A DNA stretch of 53,485 nt from Nodularia phage vB_NspS-kac68v162: the sequence record MK605246.1. One strand, given 5' to 3'. The position numbers were made by a program, and so were the translations under genes. The notes below the pieces were generated by a model that worked only from the letters and a program-made list of their open reading frames with translations, did no database searches and was not told where the DNA came from. Positions 8,483 to 18,900 of this stretch are shown one piece after another (position 1 is the stretch's first letter; every line of letters begins with the position of its first letter).

Positions 8483-10819
8483 TTAGTGATCCCAACCACC
8501 CATTATTAGACTTTCTGCTGATTTCTCCATGTCCTCATAAACCATCACACCATTACCTGTAAATCTTTTCATAGCAGCAAGCATAGAATTTTTTACTATT
8601 TCTGCACAATCTAAGGCTTGCTGCTGCGTACAAGTAGCTACAATCTCATCATGGCATATCAGACCTAATCTCAAATCATACTTGTCTGTAAAGACAGCCT
8701 CCTGGTAAACCTTTGCTATGCCAGATTTCATGATGTCACTTTCTGTTTTTAACCAGACATTTGCGATAGCACCTTGGGGCATATATGGTCTTCCATCCCC
8801 TGAATTTTTGCAGAATACATAAGACCGTCTCATGTACCCTTCTGTCTTGTTGGGACAGAAGTCAGTCTGCAATACTCCATACCAATGTCCATCAATTTGT
8901 ATTTTTTTGTTGTTACCTTGCTTCCACAAGCTAGTTCTAAGTTTTGCAATTTCGGGGAAAACATCAGGAAAAGCATTTACCATTGCTTCACATATTTCCA
9001 GAGGTACATCACGCTTTTGACCTGTCTTGATGGTGTTCTGCAATGTTGGTGCGCTACCGCAATTTAAGCCACTGTACACGACATTTTTACAGCTTGCCCT
9101 TATTGGCTTAAAAATCTTTTGGTAACGTTTTGCAGTTTCTATGTCTAAACAAGTTACTTTCTCGAAATGACCACCGTTTATATTACTTATATCTTCTACG
9201 CTAAGATGCCTATATTGCTTATATTCTTCTACGACAGCAAATACAGATTTCATAGTTATCGCGTGGTTATCCAAACCATTCTCTTCTATGTATTTCATAG
9301 TTTTACTTGCATACTCACCGCTATAAAACTTTGCAATAGCTAAGTGTGCAGCAGGTAAATCTTGGTCAATAGTATTAAATCCTGCTGGTGACTTGAAAAT
9401 GTGTCTAACTATCGGGCATCCCATTTTTACCAAACTATCAGGCATTTTATTTTCACTGGGCGGATTTTGCAGATTAGCAGCCTGACATTTGACAGGGTTT
9501 CTCTTGTTACCTGAACAAGTTCTACCTTGCCCTTTACGGGTCAATTGCCTCACCCCACCGGATATCCTTGGTATACCTTCAACCCAGATAATCTCCTGCC
9601 TCACTTGCTTGCAATAGTTCATGTAAATTGCAATCGTGCGGAAATCTACAACCAACTGAACCACACGATGATCACCTAGTAAAGCCAAATCAGATTTACT
9701 ACTCCCATACTTCACCACAGAGTCGATCACTTCATGAGTTTCCTGCTCTATCTCCAAATCATCCATATCCTCGTCATCATCATCCGCATCTACACCAGAC
9801 GATCGCTTGTTAGCCTCAATCTGTTGGTTGATTTTCTGAACGATTCCCGCTATTTGCTGACTAGATTTGATATTGCAGCCTGGGTGCATCTTGACAAATT
9901 CCATCTCAATATCAAGTAACTTGGCTTGATACCATTTGATTTGCCTCTCCAATTCCACTAAATCAACAGGTAAGCCCCAATGGTTGATTTCTACTAAAGC
10001 TGGGGTAAATTCACTTTCTATTTTAGCTACAGTTTGCAATCCTGCTAACTTAATCTCCTTAGCTAAATGCGTGAATAATCGCTTGGTGTAGCTGATGTCC
10101 AGCGCTGCATAGTTGATTTGAGCATTTCTTAAAGGTAGTGAGAAATCAGAAGACTGCTCGGTTTTATCAACATCTTTAATCTTCAGATAGCGCTCACAGC
10201 AATCTTTTAAGCCGTGGCGATACGTCAGAATACCTGCTGTCAATAGTTGAGAGAGGATCATAGTGTCATAGCTGATCCACATTTTGACACCCCAGTGAAC
10301 CCGCAAGAATAGCAAATCAAACCCGATGTTATGTCCAATAAAGGCTTTTTTAGCTTTGGCAAACTCAATGGTCTTAAACTTTAGGTATTCAATAAACGCC
10401 TTATACTTTTCAGACAGTAAGGGTTTATCCCACTTAGTTTTAAGGTCTACAACCAGCACATCTTTCTGATGGACTGCTGAGATTTGAAATAGCCGGATAT
10501 CACCATAGTAGGGGGATAATGCCATATCCTGTAAGCCGTTCGTGGTTCCCTTTTTCCAGCTACGAGCATTAGTGGTCTTCTTTTTATAAGCCCCATTCTC
10601 AGGTGCGATCACACCATAAGTTTCTAAGTCAAGCACCACCAAGTTACTGCTGAAGCATTCGTTAACAAACTGATAGATTTCATCAGTTATATCTGCGTCG
10701 CATCCTACAAACTTTACCCAAGGAGCTAAAGGTTCCTGATTTTCCACTATTGATATACCGTTCTCAGCCCCGATGCTGGAGAACATATCAAGCTGAGTAC
10801 CTGCAAGTGTTGCAACCAT
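8483..10819 (-). CDS. Divergent family-A (PolI-like) DNA polymerase with 3'-5' exonuclease domain
   Basis: NLVVLDLETYG exonuclease motif, KAFIGHNIGFDLLFL, RASCKNVVYSGLNCGSA motif-B-like, LICHDEIV motif C. Confidence 0.88.
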   Translation of the reverse strand: MVATLAGTQLDMFSSIGAENGISIVENQEPLAPWVKFVGCDADITDEIYQFVNECFSSNLVVLDLETYGVIAPENGAYKKKTTNARSWKKGTTNGLQDMALSPYYGDIRLFQISAVHQKDVLVVDLKTKWDKPLLSEKYKAFIEYLKFKTIEFAKAKKAFIGHNIGFDLLFLRVHWGVKMWISYDTMILSQLLTAGILTYRHGLKDCCERYLKIKDVDKTEQSSDFSLPLRNAQINYAALDISYTKRLFTHLAKEIKLAGLQTVAKIESEFTPALVEINHWGLPVDLVELERQIKWYQAKLLDIEMEFVKMHPGCNIKSSQQIAGIVQKINQQIEANKRSSGVDADDDDEDMDDLEIEQETHEVIDSVVKYGSSKSDLALLGDHRVVQLVVDFRTIAIYMNYCKQVRQEIIWVEGIPRISGGVRQLTRKGQGRTCSGNKRNPVKCQAANLQNPPSENKMPDSLVKMGCPIVRHIFKSPAGFNTIDQDLPAAHLAIAKFYSGEYASKTMKYIEENGLDNHAITMKSVFAVVEEYKQYRHLSVEDISNINGGHFEKVTCLDIETAKRYQKIFKPIRASCKNVVYSGLNCGSAPTLQNTIKTGQKRDVPLEICEAMVNAFPDVFPEIAKLRTSLWKQGNNKKIQIDGHWYGVLQTDFCPNKTEGYMRRSYVFCKNSGDGRPYMPQGAIANVWLKTESDIMKSGIAKVYQEAVFTDKYDLRLGLICHDEIVATCTQQQALDCAEIVKNSMLAAMKRFTGNGVMVYEDMEKSAESLIMGGWDH

Positions 10820-10928
10820 ATTTTGTTAAAAGCAGTGAGTATTGTTTAGAGAGTCACGCTATGTCAGCTATAGCACTATATCGCATTGCTACCTGATATA
10901 CGTTATTGACATTGCTGTAAATATATTC

Positions 10929-10942
10929 TAGCATTGTTGCTA
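10929..10942. promoter_or_regulatory. Palindromic operator-like site TAGCA-TTGT-TGCTA
   Basis: Perfect inverted repeat upstream of gene at 10970; same 14-mer at 52302-52315. Confidence 0.6.
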
Positions 10943-10969
10943 TAACTACCATAAGAGAATAAACCAGAA

Positions 10970-11320
10970 ATGGCAATAGCGATTAGAAAATATACCAGAT
11001 CGTTCATAGACCTGTTGGAACTAGACCTTAACCTAGATTTATGGGGCGAGGTGGTAGAAGTGTTATCTAACTGTCCCGAACCTAACTGGACTAGCCCAGA
11101 GCTTTATTTTGCCTATGACCGGAATAGGATAATCGGTTTTATCCTTGGTAGCAACGGTTGTAAGTGCTATTACATATCTGTAGACTATCGTTATCGAAAT
11201 CAAGGCATCGCCTCAGAACTGGTTAGGGTTTCTGGATTTTACGAACCCCACGATATCTACAACAGCAGTGAGGCTAGAGGGTTCTGGGCTAGTGTAGCTC
11301 AAAGTATGGTGGCAGCATGA
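10970..11320 (+). CDS. GNAT-family acetyltransferase-like protein
   Basis: GFILGSNG..YYISVDYRYRNQGIASELV. Confidence 0.75.
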   Translation: MAIAIRKYTRSFIDLLELDLNLDLWGEVVEVLSNCPEPNWTSPELYFAYDRNRIIGFILGSNGCKCYYISVDYRYRNQGIASELVRVSGFYEPHDIYNSSEARGFWASVAQSMVAA

Positions 11321-11652
11321 CCAAACTTTCCCACCTTTACACAATCGCCCCCACCCATACACAACTGAATTTAAACCAAGCGGTATGGTGGGTGTGTTTC
11401 CTTCTTAAATCCAGCAACACGTATCACACAGACATCAAAAATAAGTTACAGCGAGATTACCCAAACTTTAAATTGTCTAGTTGCATACTAGATCAAGCAT
11501 TAAGTCTGCTGAGGAATGAGAAACTTGTAACCACTACAGACCAACCAACAGGTACAAGAGGGGCAAAAAGAAAGATTTACGCGATCGCACCTGCGGGTCA
11601 ATCTTTGGTTAATGATTTCGCTAATTTATGGAGGCAATTCACCAATGGTTAG
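11317..11652 (+). CDS. Winged-helix-like small protein
   Basis: LQRDYPNFKLSSCILDQALSLLRNEKLVTTT..GAKRKIYAIAPAG. Confidence 0.5.
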   Translation: MTKLSHLYTIAPTHTQLNLNQAVWWVCFLLKSSNTYHTDIKNKLQRDYPNFKLSSCILDQALSLLRNEKLVTTTDQPTGTRGAKRKIYAIAPAGQSLVNDFANLWRQFTNG

Positions 11653-11845
11653 TATATCAGCTACTACATTAGACCAGTTAGTTAAATTAACCAAGTTAGA
11701 CAGGAAAAATATACACCTTATTCTGGATACTTACCCAGAGCTAGTCAATAATGATCCAGCTACTCTTGATGTGAACAATCTGGCTGATCTCATAAATGAC
11801 AACAAGTTTGACCTAGTAACAAGTCTCAATAAATATCGCTGGTGA
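11651..11845 (+). CDS. Small hypothetical protein (start re-assigned)
   Basis: ATG at 11651; C-terminus LADLINDNKFDLVTSLNKYRW. Confidence 0.5.
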   Translation, partial: SISATTLDQLVKLTKLDRKNIHLILDTYPELVNNDPATLDVNNLADLINDNKFDLVTSLNKYRW

Positions 11846-11849
11846 AATT

Positions 11850-12065
11850 ATGACTAACTTTGATTCGCCAAAACTACCTTACTGCTTACCACTACATTTC
11901 AAGGACTTCTATGGTAGCCTGACAGATGATCAGAAAACCTACCTGATCTCAGAATTAGTAGACAGCCATCCTCACAACGTTGCATCCTTTATTGAGAAAT
12001 TAAAGGAATCCGCTAAACGTGATAGTGAACTACCAGATAATGATCTTTTTGATTGGGACGCATAA
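11850..12065 (+). CDS. Small hypothetical protein
   Basis: Tightly packed operon ORF. Confidence 0.5.
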   Translation: MTNFDSPKLPYCLPLHFKDFYGSLTDDQKTYLISELVDSHPHNVASFIEKLKESAKRDSELPDNDLFDWDA

Positions 12066-12283
12066 TAATGTCACTATCTAAAGAGTTTTTTCTGAAAGTT
12101 AGGGCTAAGGCTGGTTTGGCAGTCTTTACCTTACGGAAGATTGCCTTGTACTACTCTGAATATATAGAAGATGGTGGGAGTGATGCAGATGTTGAAAGGT
12201 TTGTTGCTTTTATCGAAGAGAACCGGGACGATATTTTAGCAAATGTAAATCGCTACACCATCCTAGACCAATTCATAGTTTAA
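12053..12283 (+). CDS. Small hypothetical protein, possibly related to 11651-11845 product
   Basis: FVAFIEENRDDILANVNRYTILDQF. Confidence 0.5.
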   Translation: MGRIIMSLSKEFFLKVRAKAGLAVFTLRKIALYYSEYIEDGGSDADVERFVAFIEENRDDILANVNRYTILDQFIV

Positions 12284-12287
12284 AAAA

Positions 12288-13751
12288 ATGTCATTAGTAA
12301 ATAAGTACAGACCCCAGAGGCTAACCCAAATAGTTGGGCAACGTTCCACAGTAATGTGTCTCAAGAACGCTATAAACCGCCAGACTTTACACCCTGCTTA
12401 CTTATTCAGTGGTGAACGTGGTACAGGTAAAACTTCCACAGCCCGTGTAATTGCAAAGTCTTTAAATTGCCAAAGAGGCTTAACAACAGAACCTTGTGGA
12501 GAGTGCAGCAACTGTAAATCCATACAATCTGGTGGTGCGTCGCTGGGAGTAAATGAAATAGATTGCGCCACCAATAACGGTGTAGACTTTGCCAGAGACT
12601 TGGTTAGCAAAATCTATTACGCGCCGATGTCCAATTACAAAGTTTATGTTTTTGACGAGGCTCATAATTTAACCAGACAGGCTTTCGACGCTTTATTAAA
12701 ATGCCTTGAGGATTCAGGTAGTAAGGTAATTTTCATTCTCGTAACTACTGAACCTAACAAAATACCCAAAACAGTACAATCTCGTTGTCAGCACTTCCAA
12801 TTTACACCACCTTCTCACAGCGATGTTGTAAACTACTTGCGATCGCTCCTCGCCCTAGAAAACTTATCTGTGAGCGATGAAATTCTAGAGTTGATTGCTG
12901 AACATACAGATGGTGTATTAAGGGAGGCTTTAACTCTGCTGGATAAAATAGCACTGTCTGGTTTTACTGAAGTTAATGATGTTTACGAGCTACTGAATAA
13001 ACCGCAACCTACAGACATTCATAAGTTACTTGAGTGCTGCGTAAAGCAAGACTATCAAGGTATTTATCGTGAACTGAAAGCCGTAAATAAGTCTGGTGCA
13101 GATCCTTTAAAAGTGCTGGGAGATATCGCCAACTTCATCAGAAACGCAATTGTTGGTTACAGTAAACCAGACTATAAGCTGATGACCACTGATACAACTA
13201 CTTTTAAATTAGCTAGTCAGTGGGGGCGATCGCTTCCCCAATCTACTCTAGTTGACTGTGTGATCATGCTGCGTAAGGCTGAAATTGATTTTATAGCAGC
13301 TAAGTTTCCGAAGCTTTATCTGGAGTCAGTTTTACTTGAGTTATCTAAAATGATGACACTTACTAAAAATGAGTTTACATCTGCTCAAAGTAAACCAACA
13401 GTCAAACAGTTGCAACAAGTAGAAATGGAAACTGGATCAAACCTAATAACCAACTGTTACTACAATTGCGATAATCCCGTTCTATTAACGTTACCTGAGT
13501 TTGAACCTGTAGAACCTTGCGTCAGAACTGCAATGCTCTGGCAACAGCTTTGTCAAACAGAACCGATGAACAAACTAAGAACTAAAATAGTTGAGTATCA
13601 ATGGTATGAGCAGGATCTAATGATTGTGCTTGACGCAAGTGTTGGTGCTAAACCTAATGTTAAAGAGTTAGCAGCATCAAGGATTAAAGAAGCCCAACGT
13701 GCGATCGGTATGCAGCCCTACGATTCAATAAATGTGGTAGTGCATTATTAA
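12288..13751 (+). CDS. dnaX: DNA polymerase III gamma/tau-like clamp-loader ATPase
   Basis: NKYRPQ..IVGQ, GERGTGKTS, zinc-binding CGECSNCKS, VFDEAHNL, TTEPNKIPKTVQSRCQ. Confidence 0.95.
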   Translation: MSLVNKYRPQRLTQIVGQRSTVMCLKNAINRQTLHPAYLFSGERGTGKTSTARVIAKSLNCQRGLTTEPCGECSNCKSIQSGGASLGVNEIDCATNNGVDFARDLVSKIYYAPMSNYKVYVFDEAHNLTRQAFDALLKCLEDSGSKVIFILVTTEPNKIPKTVQSRCQHFQFTPPSHSDVVNYLRSLLALENLSVSDEILELIAEHTDGVLREALTLLDKIALSGFTEVNDVYELLNKPQPTDIHKLLECCVKQDYQGIYRELKAVNKSGADPLKVLGDIANFIRNAIVGYSKPDYKLMTTDTTTFKLASQWGRSLPQSTLVDCVIMLRKAEIDFIAAKFPKLYLESVLLELSKMMTLTKNEFTSAQSKPTVKQLQQVEMETGSNLITNCYYNCDNPVLLTLPEFEPVEPCVRTAMLWQQLCQTEPMNKLRTKIVEYQWYEQDLMIVLDASVGAKPNVKELAASRIKEAQRAIGMQPYDSINVVVHY

Positions 13752-13845
13752 ATTGTGCTACTGTGGCGTTATGAGTGTTGGTGGTACATACGCTTTGCTT
13801 TGATTTTGAGTGTGTACTTCTGTCATTTGTTTTACCTTTTATATC

Positions 13846-13886
13846 AAACCCGCGAACCCTTTGTTGAGTAGGTCGCGGGTTTTTTG
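13846..13886 (+). terminator. Rho-independent terminator
   Basis: AAACCCGCGA...TCGCGGGTTTTTT. Confidence 0.8.
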
Positions 13887-13951
13887 TTGGTCATACACAG
13901 CACGTCATTAAATTACTAGCCTTAATGATATAGAGCTAAACAATTAAAATA

Positions 13952-15205
13952 ATGCAAATATCCCAAAACTGTATAGACCTTATAAAGGAGTTTGAAGGTT
14001 TCCGATCCAGTGCTTATCTATGCCCGGCTGGTGTACCTACTATTGGCTACGGTACTACGATTTATCCCAACGGCGCAAAGGTGGCTACGCAGGATACAAT
14101 CACACGGCAAGAAGCAGAAGATTTTCTAGAGGCTTCTGTCCTGCAATTTTCCAAGGCTGTAAATAGCGAAGTAAATGTAAAACTAAATCAAAACCAGTTT
14201 GATGCTTTGGTATCGTTTGTGTATAACGTTGGTATTGGTGCTTTTAAAAGTAGCACCATGTTGAGACTGATCAACGCCAATAAAATATCTGAAGCGGTTG
14301 ATGAGTTTCCCAAGTGGGATAAAGCAACTGTAAATGGCAAGAAAGTATCACTAACAGGATTAGTACGTCGTAGAGAAGCAGAACGGAAACTATTTAACAC
14401 TAGCGCTGTAACTGCTCAACCTTTAACTGCTCAACCTGAGTCGGTTCAGGAATCAGTAACATGGCTTAAAGAGTATACCGAGAAGGGTAAAAAGGTTGTA
14501 GTTGCTTATGGCGGTTCGACTATCTGTGAGATTCTGCAATTTGAGTATTCACCACCGGAAGATTACTTACGAGAGTTACTAAAGACTTACCCGAACGCAA
14601 ATAATTCTCATATAGCAACACCTGGGGAAAGTGTGCCGAAGGGCGATCGTGTTTTCATTATGGATCGCTCTTGCCTAGATTCTAGAAGTGAATTAGCCCA
14701 AAATGTTGTCAAGTCAGCCAAGAGTTTTTTAAGGTTGACAAAAACCAAGAGTAAAGACCAGTTTGGCTGTTATATACTCAAGCTAGATTACTTTAAGAAT
14801 GGCGTGCTGGTGGATTCTTTAAACACTTGCTCAGGCATTGCTAGTAGGCAATATTTTAGAAAAGGAGTAGATAGTGTAGCTAGAAGTCTAGAACCTTTAC
14901 CTGAAGGGTCATGGCGAATAGAGAATATTAAGTGGGCAGGTGGTAGAGGTAACTGGAATCAGGTATTTAACTCCGGTGTAGGCGCTGTAAGCGTACCCTT
15001 AACTTATATCTCACCGGGAAGTACCCGCCGAAGTGCAATAGAGGTGCATATTGACAATAACCGCAAGTCAGCCCCAGGTACAGCAGGTTGTGTAGGTGTC
15101 TACAATCGTGCTGATATGGAGAGGTTTCTAGGCTGGTTGTATGACACTGATCCTAGAGACTTTTACTGTGATTGGGGGCTGGGTTCTTGTCCGAAGATTG
15201 AGTAG
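13952..15205 (+). CDS. GH24 phage-type lysozyme fused to a C-terminal L,D-transpeptidase-like domain
   Basis: LIKEFEGFRSSAYLCPAGVPTIGYG, FVYNVG; C-term VHIDNNRKSAPGTAGCVGV. Confidence 0.85.
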   Translation: MQISQNCIDLIKEFEGFRSSAYLCPAGVPTIGYGTTIYPNGAKVATQDTITRQEAEDFLEASVLQFSKAVNSEVNVKLNQNQFDALVSFVYNVGIGAFKSSTMLRLINANKISEAVDEFPKWDKATVNGKKVSLTGLVRRREAERKLFNTSAVTAQPLTAQPESVQESVTWLKEYTEKGKKVVVAYGGSTICEILQFEYSPPEDYLRELLKTYPNANNSHIATPGESVPKGDRVFIMDRSCLDSRSELAQNVVKSAKSFLRLTKTKSKDQFGCYILKLDYFKNGVLVDSLNTCSGIASRQYFRKGVDSVARSLEPLPEGSWRIENIKWAGGRGNWNQVFNSGVGAVSVPLTYISPGSTRRSAIEVHIDNNRKSAPGTAGCVGVYNRADMERFLGWLYDTDPRDFYCDWGLGSCPKIE

Positions 15206-15220
15206 TCGGTTGATAACAAT

Positions 15221-15256
15221 AAAAAACCTCTAAGTATACATCCTTAGAGGTTTTTT
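15221..15256. terminator. Bidirectional terminator
   Basis: AAAAAACCTCTAAG...CTTAGAGGTTTTTT. Confidence 0.9.
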
Positions 15257-15259
15257 CAT

Positions 15260-15850
15260 TCAAAATAGATCCAACTGCTTATTCTGTCCAACTCTAGACA
15301 ACTTAGGATTTATAGACCATAAATTAATCGAGTAACGATCGCTCGCGCATCTTATAGCTGCGTGGGGATTTTTGCAATTGAAAAGTACCACCGCACCAGA
15401 GGGTAGTTCAAAGGTTTCACGTTCTGGTGTAAAATCCTGCTTCCCGTAGCAATATCCTGGGTACATTGCTTGATATCCCCACAAGGTTGATTTGCTGGTT
15501 AGATTAATGCTCACTGCTGGGTAGTCTGCATAAGTTGCATCTCTATGCCAGTTTATCCCCACAGAACCATAAGCGACCAAGCCTAATGCAGATTTTGGTT
15601 GATAATCCAAACCAGTGTGCTGCATCGCCCGGTCAAAAATAGTGCTGCACCAATCCCATAACCGAGGTAACTTGTGAGCTTTATTAAATACTGGTTCCTT
15701 GTCCAATGTGGGTTGAGATTTTAACCAAAAGCGTTGTCTACCTTTTGCATAACTACTGACATCCCTTTGTAGTAGTTGCTGGTGTTGGTCAAGATATTCG
15801 CGGATCTGTTGCTGTTGGGTACTTGAGATAACTTTAATGATTTGTAGCAT
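15260..15850 (-). CDS. AlkB-like 2OG-Fe(II) dioxygenase
   Basis: INWHRDATYADYPAVSINL...FELPSGAVVLFNCKNPHAA...SINLWSI. Confidence 0.85.
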   Translation of the reverse strand: MLQIIKVISSTQQQQIREYLDQHQQLLQRDVSSYAKGRQRFWLKSQPTLDKEPVFNKAHKLPRLWDWCSTIFDRAMQHTGLDYQPKSALGLVAYGSVGINWHRDATYADYPAVSINLTSKSTLWGYQAMYPGYCYGKQDFTPERETFELPSGAVVLFNCKNPHAAIRCASDRYSINLWSINPKLSRVGQNKQLDLF

Positions 15851-15933
15851 TACACTTGTTTTACCTTTGTGCTGATTATTATATCACGTTGTATATGCTA
15901 CATTTGAAATAGTTTATTTAAAATTCTAAAAAT

Positions 15934-18900
15934 ATGTCGCTGTCTCACCTGTTCCACAACCTACGCGAGTACACAATTGGTAAAAATGGAATTGAAACCG
16001 CCAACCTACTCACACCATCAAAAACGATCGCAGCTATCCGCAAATGTGAAGAAAACCAACTAGAGTTTGCCGAGTTCATGGAAAGTGAGCAGGATTACAA
16101 GCGATTGGGCTTGGAGCTTAAATCCGTACTTGAGAATGTCTATGGTGACACTATTGATGGTTTTGAGGGTGTGAAGGTTAGCAATGGCGAGATTAAAGGG
16201 TTTTTCTTCAGTAATTTATCACCTACTCTAGTTAAGAAATTCCAGTTTACAGCGTCGCCGCAGGGAATTTACTTTGAGCTAATTAACGCCAATGAAATTA
16301 ATAATGCTAATGTAAGTTTCCAGGAAGCTGGCTTATATGCTAATGATGTTGTAGATTTTGCTACGGCTGCAGGTGATAAAAAGAAGCGAGTAATTAAGAA
16401 TTGCTCAGAGGGAAGTAAAACTTGTCACGGTGCGGACGGTAAAACCAAATACTGCATCAATAAGAATTTCAAGTGTGCTACAGAACGAAAAGCCACACCA
16501 GCCGAGCGCAAATCCAGAACTGTAAAACCATCACCAGAGGACGCAGCTAAGTTAGAGAAAATTGTACAGCGTGGGGAAGTTGCAGCCGAGAAATTCACCA
16601 AAGCACGAGTAAGTAAGGATAAGTTAGCCAAACTTGATCAGCAATTGCGCGATGAATTAAGCACAGGTGGTGAGGTTGACGTACTGAAGTTGCAACGGAA
16701 GCTGAAGTACCCCGCAACTACATATGGTAATGACCCTCTAAATAATCCAGTAAATCGGCTACTGGCTGATATGCGGACTAAGGGAGAACTTGAGGCTAAT
16801 GAGTCAGGTGATAAGGTTAAGTTATCTAAATCTGATAAATCATCAGAAACTATAAACAGTAAAACTGCTAAAAACCAAGAATCAGCTAAAGGAAGTGATA
16901 AGATAGCTGATACAGGTAAAACAAAAGGTAAAGCAGTGTTAGAGTCAAAATCTAAGACAATAAAAGAAGCTGAGATAGCCCACAAAAAAATATCCGATGA
17001 TATCGCAGCTAAAACTAGAAAGTTCGGAATAGATGAGATATTCAAAGACGATTACCTTTTCAACCCTACTGGCATGGAGGTATTGATCAGAAAGGATGCT
17101 AAGTTTATTCCAGCGAAAGTAGTTTCCTTACAAACTAGCTACAAAGACAACTTAAATAAGGCTACACCTACAGGTCGGTTGGTTGTGGAGACTCAAGACG
17201 GTACTAGAGCGTTGAGAATGAGTAACGGAATATTAGATAGTAAAAAAGTAAGTGCTGATGATCTTAAAGAGATGAATGCACTTGCTAAACAACAAAGTGA
17301 AGCTATGGTAACGCTGAAGAAATCTGATGAAGACTACTACTATACTAAAAACCTAAACGCACTAGACACCCTAAAAACCCAACAAGTAGAACTACTAGAT
17401 AAAATCGCCGCCGCAAAAACTCCAGCCGAGAGACGATCACTCAATAAGGAATTGCAAGCTACCCGTAAAGAAATGGATGCTTTGAAGGCAGGGGACAATA
17501 AAAAAGAAGAATGGCGAAAACAATCTGAACAAAGTTATGACAAAGCTTTCAATGGTGAAAAGTTCTCCTACGACACCAAGGAAGGTAAAATTATAGCCAA
17601 GTATGTACAGGGTAGAGATGGTGTAAATTACCTAAAGATGTACAAAGATGACAGTGACAACCCGTTCCAAAGTCCAATAATGAATAGATCCGAGTTATCT
17701 AACTTTATTGACGGTCTTCATAATCCTAAAATTCAGGATGCAAGCGGATTTAACTCAACACCAGTGTTTGATAAGAAAGGCACTCGTAAAGAAATGGAAG
17801 ATTTGAAGGTTGGGGGCGATCGTGGTGGGGAAGGCAAGGAAGTAGCCAAAAAAGTACCACAATCTGAAAAGAGCTATGAACAGATAGCCCAAGAAAGAGA
17901 AGGTGCTGACTTGACTTACAGACAGGCAAAAGATGCTCCTAAAGGGGGGGCTGTAAACCAGAATTATGGTAATTCGCAAGCAACTATTGCTGATGCACTA
18001 AACCGTAAAGTATTTGGCGTTGGTAATGGTGAAAAAATCTACAACTGGGCTAAAAAGCATGATGTGGATTTATTCAAATTGCAAATGGATGCTAATAACG
18101 ATTTTTCTATATCAACAGACGGTAAAAGGTCAGCAGACAACAGAGCGCTGATGGATGCCGTTGTGATGGGTAAGCCTTTCAAGAAAACTGCGCCCACAGT
18201 AAAAACCAAACCCGAACCCGAACCCGAACCCGTAGCGGAAACCAAGCCTCGTAAAGTTGGTAACTCAGAAGTAGGGTCAGTTTACGATGGAGATAAGAGG
18301 CTAGAACATCACGTCTCAATCAACGGTAAATCAGAGCATCTTTTCAGTGTGCTAGGTAAAGATAAGTACGGTGAGTTCAAAGATCAATTAGCAGAACTCC
18401 AAAAGAAAAATAACTACGACTTATCAAAGTACGAACCGGAACTAGATAAGTTGGTAGATGGTTTTATAGCTGATAAGCAAAATCCAGAACCAGTAGTCAG
18501 GGGTACTGCTAACACTTCTAAAGCAGGAGTTCCAACTTACACACGCGATCGCACCCCCGCAGAAGTGGATGAGTACAACCAGCACTTAGATAAGGTTGCT
18601 AAGGGGCTGAAAGCTGTTAAGGGTGAGGTTGCCTTAGCTTTCAGAACCAGAGGTGGCGGTACAGTTACTAAATCTGTAAAAGCTACTGTCTATGGTGAGA
18701 GTGGGCTAGCCTACGCGCCTAAAACAGATGCAATGGGTGAGGAAGGATTTAGCACACTTAGCGCACTTGTTCACGCTGCATCAGGTTTGAAAATAATAGA
18801 AGTTTCTACGGCTAAGGAAGCTAAACGGCTGTCCGGACTGTTGGCTGATAGTGGTATTGACTTCAGTAATCCCGATTTAACTACAGATGCGGACGTAGCT

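Noticed and set aside
8832-9919. Plus-strand ORFs of about 60 aa inside the polymerase gene
   Set aside because: Antisense to conserved polymerase sequence with low-complexity composition.
12398-12665. Minus-strand ORFs of 70 and 61 aa inside dnaX
   Set aside because: Fully antisense to conserved clamp-loader motifs.
18200-18245. PEPEPEPV repeat as a CRISPR or tandem-repeat array
   Set aside because: Short in-frame Pro-Glu linker only.
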